A stretch of 64,000 nt of DNA from Nymphaea colorata. Its lineage: Eukaryota. Position 1 is the stretch's first letter, and each line of letters starts with the position of its first letter. The DNA is taken from positions 6,882,001 through 6,946,000 of the forward strand of contig NC_045138.2 in assembly GCF_008831285.2 (NCBI RefSeq), given 5' to 3'. This document shows, in pieces, positions 56,003-64,000 of this stretch. The notes under the pieces were generated by a model. The model was given only the letters and a program-made list of their open reading frames with translations. It did no database searches and had not been told where the DNA came from. Position numbers and translations under genes: made by a program.

Positions 56003-56734
56003 CTCTAAATAATGGTGCCAACGTGTAACTTAAAACAACACAAAGGTCGTTTTCTAAATCTTATAAAATAAGTTCTGAATATTGAAGAGACATGACTTTT
56101 ATTCATACTTAATTTTTCAACCCTTACAAAATAATTTGTAAACATCAAGAAACATGTACATAGATTTTCAACCACAGAAATTGCACGTCTCAGTACTTTT
56201 TTATTGAAGCATTTTGGACATTTTTCATTCATTTAGTTTAATAAAAAAAAACTTAAAATCTCCATATGACTTATCTAATAGACAAGAGAAACCTGAACAT
56301 TGCATATAATGTATGATATGTACATGATACTTACGTTAACTAAACCATCCAGAGACATTTTTAGCCTGGTTGAATAAAATTAGTGCAATCAAACACGTTT
56401 CCAGCGTTCATGATAAAAAAGTACTGATGAATTTTTAATTTTTTTTACATAATTGGATATATCCATGAAAAATATATTGGTTTACTTTTATTGCTGATAT
56501 GAAGCTTCCGATATCTGTGAAGTTTATGGGTAATGCTTCTTTTGCTAATCAATGTTGTTATGGTTATGCATGAATTTGGAAAGTTTTAAAAGACTTTTGC
56601 CTTTCTAATGTCGTTAGTGCAGCCAGCATGCTTAGGTTTTATTTGTCGATATATTTAAAGCATTCAATCTTTTCAAAGGCTCATTAATCACGTAAATATG
56701 TAAAAACATTTTATCTCTGTTGGCATCTCCTATC

Positions 56735-57078
56735 TATGGTCACATAAAACTCGTTTTTTAGAAAAAATGTGTTAAATTAAATGGCCATTTAAAACTTAAA
56801 AAAATGTTAAAAATGAAAAAAAAAAATGTTTTTTTTTCAATTTTTAATGCCACAGTTTTTTTTTTCATTTCTTATTTTTTATTTGTTGTAAATCTTTACT
56901 TATCTTTTGATGTTTGTGTTATTAGTTTCTCACACATTTTGTTTCCCCTTATTCTTTAGTTTTTTATAATTTTTAAAATTTTACCGTATTTTTTTCATAT
57001 TTTTTTTTTCAAGTTCGCCATATTATACTCGAAAAAAACCTCATCATTTAAAACTCCGATACATTATCTGTGACTATG
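56735..57078. mobile_element. hAT-type MITE (CATAGTCACA TIR)
   Basis: TIR TATGGTCACA/TGTGACTATG; TSD CTCCTATC/CTCCTATT; right subterminus shared with about 27295-27386. Confidence 0.8.
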
Positions 57079-57503
57079 CTCCTATTCTTATTTGCACTCA
57101 CTTAAGAGTTAGCAAACAAAGGCAGGAAAAAAGAAGGGGGGGAATTAACTCAAACTACCAAAACTAAATTATGTTTGATTTGGAGGGAAACATGTAGAAA
57201 GTAAGATATCATACTCATTTCTAAAGACTAATCGAGGGTAATCCAATAATGACATTTTTGAATTCTCATAAACTCCTACATATAAGGGATTGTTCCCTTG
57301 AATGAAGAAATATGCTTTTTAGAACTTCATTCACCTTGACTTGCTGAACTACTTGATGCATCATACTAAAAAAGAACAAGCTTGACGTGATTGAAGCTAG
57401 TAGACATCAATGCTCACATACATAAACCCAATATAAGTGAGGGTAGATGCAGTAGTCCTATACTTTTTGAAGACAATGAGGTGAAATCTAAAATGAGATG
57501 GCC

Positions 57504-57630
57504 CAGTGGGGGAGCTAGAAATTCGTAGCTGAGGGAACACTAATATGTAAAAAACTAAAAATAAATTATGTTTCTTTATTTGTAAAATTTTTGGGCTGCC
57601 CACACCAGCTATAACGTAGCTCCGCCACTG
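57504..57630. mobile_element. 127-bp MITE with 8-bp TSD
   Basis: TIR CAGTGGGGGAGCTA/TAGCTCCGCCACTG; TSD AGATGGCC/AGAGGGCC. Confidence 0.85.
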
Positions 57631-58236
57631 AGAGGGCCAGATGACCACATTTTTGTCATTTCACTTAGCCTGGTGTTTTGAAATTTGGATTTCAGCTCTT
57701 TTAAAGATGTCCACATACTATGATTATATGAATTGGGTAGTGAAGTTAATGTCTTAAGGAGAAAGTAGTTTCCAATAAAGTATTAAATTAAAAAGCAAGT
57801 TTGGCACTAAATATGTTTAGTCTTATGAATCCATTTTAAATATATTTTTAATCTAAATGACTGTTATATATTCGAGAAAATGATGAACAGAATACTTAAT
57901 GGCAGAACTAGGTGTGGGCTTGTGTGGACAGCTGCCCACACAAACGCATATTTTATTTCATTTACATATTTGTCAAAGATTAGACCCTATTTTACATGTA
58001 ACTCACATATTACTCTTGCCAAACATTAACTTGGTCTCTAAAATTCAAATCCAAAATCAAATCAAAGAACTACTTCAATTAAATCACATATAATCAAACA
58101 ATGGATCCAATTTTAGTCTGAATCGTGAGAGGGAAAAACCAAGAGAAAAGAGGTGGGAAAGTGATGGTAGCATCTGAATTTTCTAAATTTTATGGAGATG
58201 AAATGATGGTGGCGAGACTTGAGGGCTAATCCGAAG

Positions 58237-58561
58237 GAGGTGTCCAAATGGATCTGAATCTGATCCGGATAAAACCATTTGTCAACCCCAACTTGCAACG
58301 GATCCACAAAGAAGTTTGGTTCAAATCTTTGTCCGGTGAAGGTCCAGATCCAACTAATCAGAACGAGGTGTCCGGATGGATCTGATCACAACGAGGCATC
58401 CAAATGGATCTGAACCTGATCCAGATAAAACCATTTGTCAACCCCAACTTGAACGTAGTTGCACGTGCATCCACAAAGCAGTTTGGTTCAAATCTTTGTC
58501 CCGTGAAGATCCAGATCCAACTAATCAGAGCGAGGTGTCCGGATGGATCTGAATCTGATCC
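58237..58561 (+). repeat. ~156-bp tandem duplication in SDH7 promoter
   Basis: GAGG..TCCAAATGGATCTGAA.CTGATCC.GATAAAACCATTTGTCAACCCCAACTTG...GAGGTGTCCGGATGGATCTG starts at 58237 and 58393; partial third copy near 58652-58670. Confidence 0.9.
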
Positions 58562-58795
58562 ACATAGGACCCATTTCTTATCTTCCAAATTGGTCCTAGT
58601 TTCACATGCATGATGCATCGACTTGATCGGCTTGGTTCAAGTCCATACCCAGAGAAGATCCAGATCCAACAAGTTGCAGACCGAGACACCGAGTTAGGAA
58701 CCCATGGAGTTGAAAACACAGCACCCAGGGCCGTTCTCAACTGCTCAAGCCCTCTCCTCTCTCTCTCTCTCTCCTGTTTCCCTGCATCAGCAGGA

Positions 58796-61700
58796 ATGGC
58801 GATGATGTCCTTCTTCTCAAGAAGCAAGCTGCTTTCGCATCTCCATCCACAGGTCTCCCTTATATTCCTCCCTCCCTCTCTTGTTTCGTTCCCTATCTGG
58901 GTTTTACGTGCTCACTTTGGGACGTTTTTGTGCCTTTTGGGTCTGGCGAGATCAGCAAGGGAGTACAGGAGCGAATCCGCCGTCGTCTCTTCACTCGCGG
59001 GCCCTCCACATTGAGCTTGGTGCTCGCGAGAAAGCTGTGAGTCACATCCCCAACAAAGCCTATTGAACAAATCGAATCTATTTGTTTTTTATTTGATCTT
59101 TGTTGGGTATTCTAGTTTTTCCCTTGAAATTGTTTCTGTTGCATATTCCAGGATATTACGCCTTTTTTTACTCGACCATCCTAGGCAGATACTCCTTTTT
59201 CCGACTTCACTTAGTGCTATATGATAGAACTTTAGCTTCTGCGTCTTTTTTGATTTTGATGAGGAATGAATTTGGTGGTATGTAGTTCTGTCAATAATGG
59301 TTTGACTCAAGTGGGAGGGTTGGCTACAGATAGCGTATTTGCTTGTTTCTTTTGTAGATTGATCGGCTATTCGAATTGCAGAATGATTACATTTTTTGAA
59401 TCCGTATGAACACCAACTCTTTGTTTTTCTTTTCACTTTCTGTGTAAGGCGGAGGGTACCTGATTTCCTGATTCTTTTTATTTGGAGAACTCATTGTTCA
59501 GTCTGTAGGTGGTTTTGAGCCATTTAAATCACGAAGTGCTTTGATAACCACCCATCTGAATTGTGATTTAAGAGATTGTTGCCTTGATTTTCATTAGCTT
59601 GTTGATCGTTTTTGTTACTTTCTAAATCACGGTGAACGACGGCAAACTTCGAGCCACTGATAAAATTAAAACTTAAAAGATAATTTCTTGCTTATTAAAA
59701 CTTTATCTGTTTTCTTGGATTTTGCTTAAGAGAAATCTGCTGTTCTGCTTTTTCTTGTTTCTTTTTTGGTTCATTAAGATGTGCTCAATTCTTCATAATT
59801 ATGATATTTTGAAAAATCGCAAGTTTTTTTTTTTTGAAGTTCTCAGTTCTCACAAACCTGTGATTTTCTGAAGGCATAACTGGTAACTATGCTTATGGAT
59901 TGTCTTTCACCATCGACAAGTCATCTTTTTAATCATGTGGGGATTATGTCAGCTTAACTAAATGAAGCTCTTCAGGTGGTGAGGTAAAACTGCAACAGTA
60001 TGTATTGAAAGGACTTGTGTGTCTAAGTTTTGTTGCCTAGCAAGGTATAACTGTATAAGGAGACAGTGGTATTAGATCCTTGTATTGTTTGTTTGATATC
60101 ATACAAAATTCTAGACGTAGTTTCATGACTCTTTTAGACTGATTGGAGAATGGGACAGATCATCACATGCTTGCCTTTTTTCTTTTCTTATTGGTTCTGT
60201 TTCCTTTCCCTTTCTTGCATTTGGTGTAATCTGATGTATATGGTGAAAAAGAGAGCGTGATTCTTATTTGGTTTGTAAATAGCTGTTCTAGTGGAGTAGG
60301 GAGGAATTATTCATGCTGTGGCAGACTGTGAAAAATTTGTGGATTTTGTTCATTTTGTTCTTCAATACTTCAAATTTGATAGATATGTTGTGTTATGTTG
60401 AAGTGGTTTATATCGAGCTTTGTTGTGCTTCAATAGAAAGGGTGATGTCATGATATTAGCAGATGTTATAATTTGCTTACCAATTTTTTCATATGCTTTT
60501 AGTTTTGGTGATTGTTTAATATCACTATCACAGATATCACAATGTTGCGATATTAATGAGAAGAATGAGAAAAAAGAAAAAAAGCGAAAAAGCATGTTTT
60601 TTGCAAAGAACGTGAAAATAAGTTTGTGCTGTTTTGACGAATGAACTAGTTGATGTAGTACTCCTGATTTCCAATTCGTTCTTCTTTTTTGTAAACATAT
60701 GAGTGTATATTGCGTACGTGAATTTGATTAAATATTCCTGTAGGATCTTGCTTCCTGGTAGTTTCCTTACTTAATTCTGATCATTGATGTTTCCTGAATA
60801 TGTATTGCATTCTATTTTTAAATTCATGTAGACTTAGATAATGCTGAAAATGTCCGTCTCTAAGGAAAATCATGCTTTCTCAGATTACACAGCGACAGAT
60901 TTATATTTTGAGCAGCATCCGCTGCAACCACTTCACCAAAAAAACAAAAGAACAAGGAAAATACTTCTAATCTTCATATCTTTTCCTTCTTGATAGCTTT
61001 TACAAGAAGATCCTGCATTGAAGAGGTTCAAGTCACATAAGAGAAATGTGTGGCGATTGAAAAGGCTTGGAGATGCTCTCACAATTGTTGTTGTTGCAGG
61101 TACACTTGCCCATGTCTTATATGCATGAATTAACCTAATCGTGCATTACTTGGAGATTCTAACTTATCATGCCACAATTTTATTTTCTTTGATTTCTGGA
61201 ACTGATCAATGGTTATAATGTAAAGTTGCTTATTTTTAATAACTGGTAGTGTGAGGATGCTGTTTTCTAGGAAGGAATGTTGTTTGAGCCATTGTCACAA
61301 ACATGGCTTTCGTCTTGAGAAAAACATGGTATTAATGTTTAAAAAAGGAAAGCACAAAGAAAGGGGAAAAAACGTGTTTTTTTGAAAAAATGGTAAAAGT
61401 TAATTTAAGATTTTTTTTTTCACATTTTCCTCATTCTTTTCGTTTTTCTCTTTTTTGATGTTAACATCATCATGGATTAAACTTTAAATTTGAAGTAAAT
61501 TATGTATCATCACTTTTATTATCATTAAAAATAATTTTTTTATGCCTTCTTATTAGTTTATCATTTATTTTATTTTATCCAATTTTAGGACAATTTATTT
61601 TTTTACAAAAATTGCCAAGATTTTCCTAAAAACAAACTTTGCTGAAAAAAAAAACCCGAGAAAAACCTCGCTGTTAAAAAACCCAAGAACGAAATTTGTG

Positions 61701-63380
61701 ATAATAGTTGGAGCCATAGAGGCAAAGTGAGGCTTTGAGCCTATTACGAGGTGAGGCGGTGAAGTGTACACTTCAAGATCAAAGTTCAAACAAGTAAAAC
61801 ATATAATATCAATAGAAGTAATGAAAAAAAAAGGACAAAGAACAACCAAAGTCACACATATATAGCTAAACACCAATATGGAAACCAGCATTTAATCACC
61901 TTAATAAATATCTAAGAATTAGATAACACAAACAAATCATATTTGACAAAATATGTCAAACAAATACACAATGCAGCAGACATGCACAGGATCTTCTTCG
62001 GTCTTCATGCAGGGCATGGTTCATAGCAAATCTTCTTCAGGTTCCAGTGCAGCTTCAGAGAAAGAAAAAGAGGGGGGCTGACGTGGACCCTATGAGTCTT
62101 TAAACCATAATTTTTTTACATACACGGATTGTAATGTTCCATTTTGTTTTTTACAGCTTTCCCAATTTTAAAACATCAAAAAGCACATGCATATTGATGG
62201 TGTTTTCCTTGCCCCCAGAAGGATACATTTTTTTGTTCTCACAATAATATTGCAATAATTGATAAATTCGTTTTGGCATAAATAAAAAATCTCACAATAT
62301 TTTCCCCATAACCACGTCTTTTTAATTTTTGGCAATAAATGGTAAATTGAAAAACTTAGCAATATTTGTGACTATGGTTAAGACACATGAATCATAAAAA
62401 CATAAATGCATCCTGCAAAATACGACGTTATTGGAAGCTGCTTTCTAGTTTATACATAAATGCTCGTTGTCTGGAATATTCAGCTAAATTACTTGAGGGT
62501 TCCCAATGTGTGAAGAATGTTGACTTTATGGGATGCTTGGTCCTTTGTGTTTGGTTCCATGACTTTTGTTGATAAATAATTTCAAACCATTTATCCTTTC
62601 CTCTCTTATATTCTACTCATTTTAACTCCTTATATGTGTTTGTCAAGTGAAAATCTTCTCTTTGGGATGAATGAAGTTGAGGTTCTACAATCTATTGATT
62701 GAATCCCTTTCTTGTTGCTGATTGGATTTGCCTGTGGACTCGACTACCCATGTTTTACAGCCCCCAAGGCATTTTTCGTGTGATTTTGTAATCTATGAAA
62801 TTGAAATTAAAAAAAAAAACATCCATGTGCTAAGGTTTGTTATTTTTTTAAAATGGTCAGCTTGTGGATCTTCGCCATTGACTTGGTTATGAAGCATTGA
62901 ACAATTTGAAAGGAAAATTGTTCCCAAAAGTACTGTCATATGCATAACAAACTGTAGCTATATACATGCAATTAATATTAATTTTTCAACTGTCAGCTTG
63001 ATATTTTTGAACTTTCCATAGTGAGATAATAAATGAGAGGATAGCTGGTGCTTGTGCTTGATGTTCATATTAGTCGACCTTGTCAAATTCTAACCTTCAA
63101 GGCGTCTTTTGAAATGATATTCTGCCGACAATGGTAAACTGTTTGTGCTTTCTAAAGTAAAATGTTTTCCTCCGCTAGGTAAATCTTGCTCATCTGACTG
63201 TTGCAGGACTTTCATTTTCTGTAAACTGCTGATCTTGGATTTTGGAATGAGCCCATCGTAGGTAGTCTTCTTAGGTTTGCTTCATGTGTTATGTTTATCT
63301 CAGGCTGTTGCTGGGAGATATACGTCAGGGCTGAGATGAAGAAGGCAGCTCGCGAGAAAGAGCAGACTCATGATGGCTAA
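58796..63380 (+). CDS. SDH7: Succinate dehydrogenase subunit 7, mitochondrial (plant-specific complex II subunit)
   Basis: Exons 58796-58852, 58956-59036, 60997-61099, 63304-63380 (318 nt, 105 aa): [105 protein letters not shown]. Matches recalled Arabidopsis SDH7 ([41 protein letters not shown]); N-terminus resembles a presequence. Confidence 0.93.
61290..61706. mobile_element. hAT-type MITE (CATTGTCACAAA TIR) in SDH7 intron 3
   Basis: TIR CATTGTCACAAA/TTTGTGATAATA; TSD GTTTGAGC/GTTGGAGC. A further family end TTTGTGACTATG lies at 62365-62376. Confidence 0.7.
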
Positions 63381-64000
63381 TGATGCTTGTTCTTTGCGAG
63401 CCTATCAAGTTCGTTTGCTGTTGGTGTGTCTGTGTACTGCTAATAAAAGTAATACCCTGCTACAAAACAGTTTTTGAAGTCATATAGGCACCCCAGACCT
63501 GTCTGTGGCAGACATGTTCTATATGGAGCTTGACTTACGGTACTGTGTATGTCTATTGCTACTACATTTCACCTTGTTGCGTCAATAATACTTTGTGAAA
63601 CCATCGTCCCTTCTTTGTCTCTGCAACTTAAAGAGTCTTTTTTTTTTAATGTTTCTAGTTTAAATCTTGTCAAACATGTGCGGGTGCTTCAGATCTACTT
63701 TCTATTGCGGAAAAGAGTAAAATCTCTATATACAAGTTGAAAATTTACCGTTGGCTCCACAATTTTCACAAAATTATAGACCGTGGTGCATGGTGGCAGC
63801 ATTGTGGTCACCTGCTTAAACTAGCAACCATGCCATATGGACCAGATCTCTCTAATTTGTGCCAATCCATGCACCTTGGGAACTTCTGCAGATAGGTGTT
63901 TACATTCTCATTGACCTGTTCTTTTTCGCTTTCTGGAGTGGATGCTAAGAAGTTCTGCGATTCACTAATCTTGATTCAAAAAGTTTTGACTTCGAAGCTC

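Overview
AT-rich, intron-rich flowering-plant nuclear DNA, not prokaryotic. The repeat landscape resembles a basal angiosperm such as Nymphaea, but that is unverified inference. Four spliced protein-coding genes were reconstructed by hand with GT-AG introns and continuous frames: (1) the 3' end of a 3beta-hydroxysteroid dehydrogenase/C4-decarboxylase with a C-terminal reticulon domain (+, 1-1867); (2) MCM3 (+, 4899-10327, 16 exons, 778 aa) with E2F sites in its promoter; (3) UDP-sugar pyrophosphorylase USP (-, 42761-11687, 17 coding exons, 622 aa over 31 kb); (4) plant-specific complex II subunit SDH7 (+, 58796-63380, 4 exons, 105 aa). Introns and intergenic DNA hold many non-autonomous DNA transposons (hAT-type with readable 8-bp TSDs, some nested; one Tourist/PIF MITE), decayed copia/LINE/SINE pieces, tandem duplications and microsatellites. 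I cannot support a new multi-gene system. The best leads are a frameshift-remodelled 3betaHSD/D tail ending in KxKxx, a spliced uORF just before USP, two stop-free in-frame MCM3 introns, a possible MCM3/USP antisense overlap, and an unexplained minus-strand transcript-like region at 45.6-47.5 kb with a weak C/D snoRNA candidate. All homologue comparisons are from memory; no searches were run.
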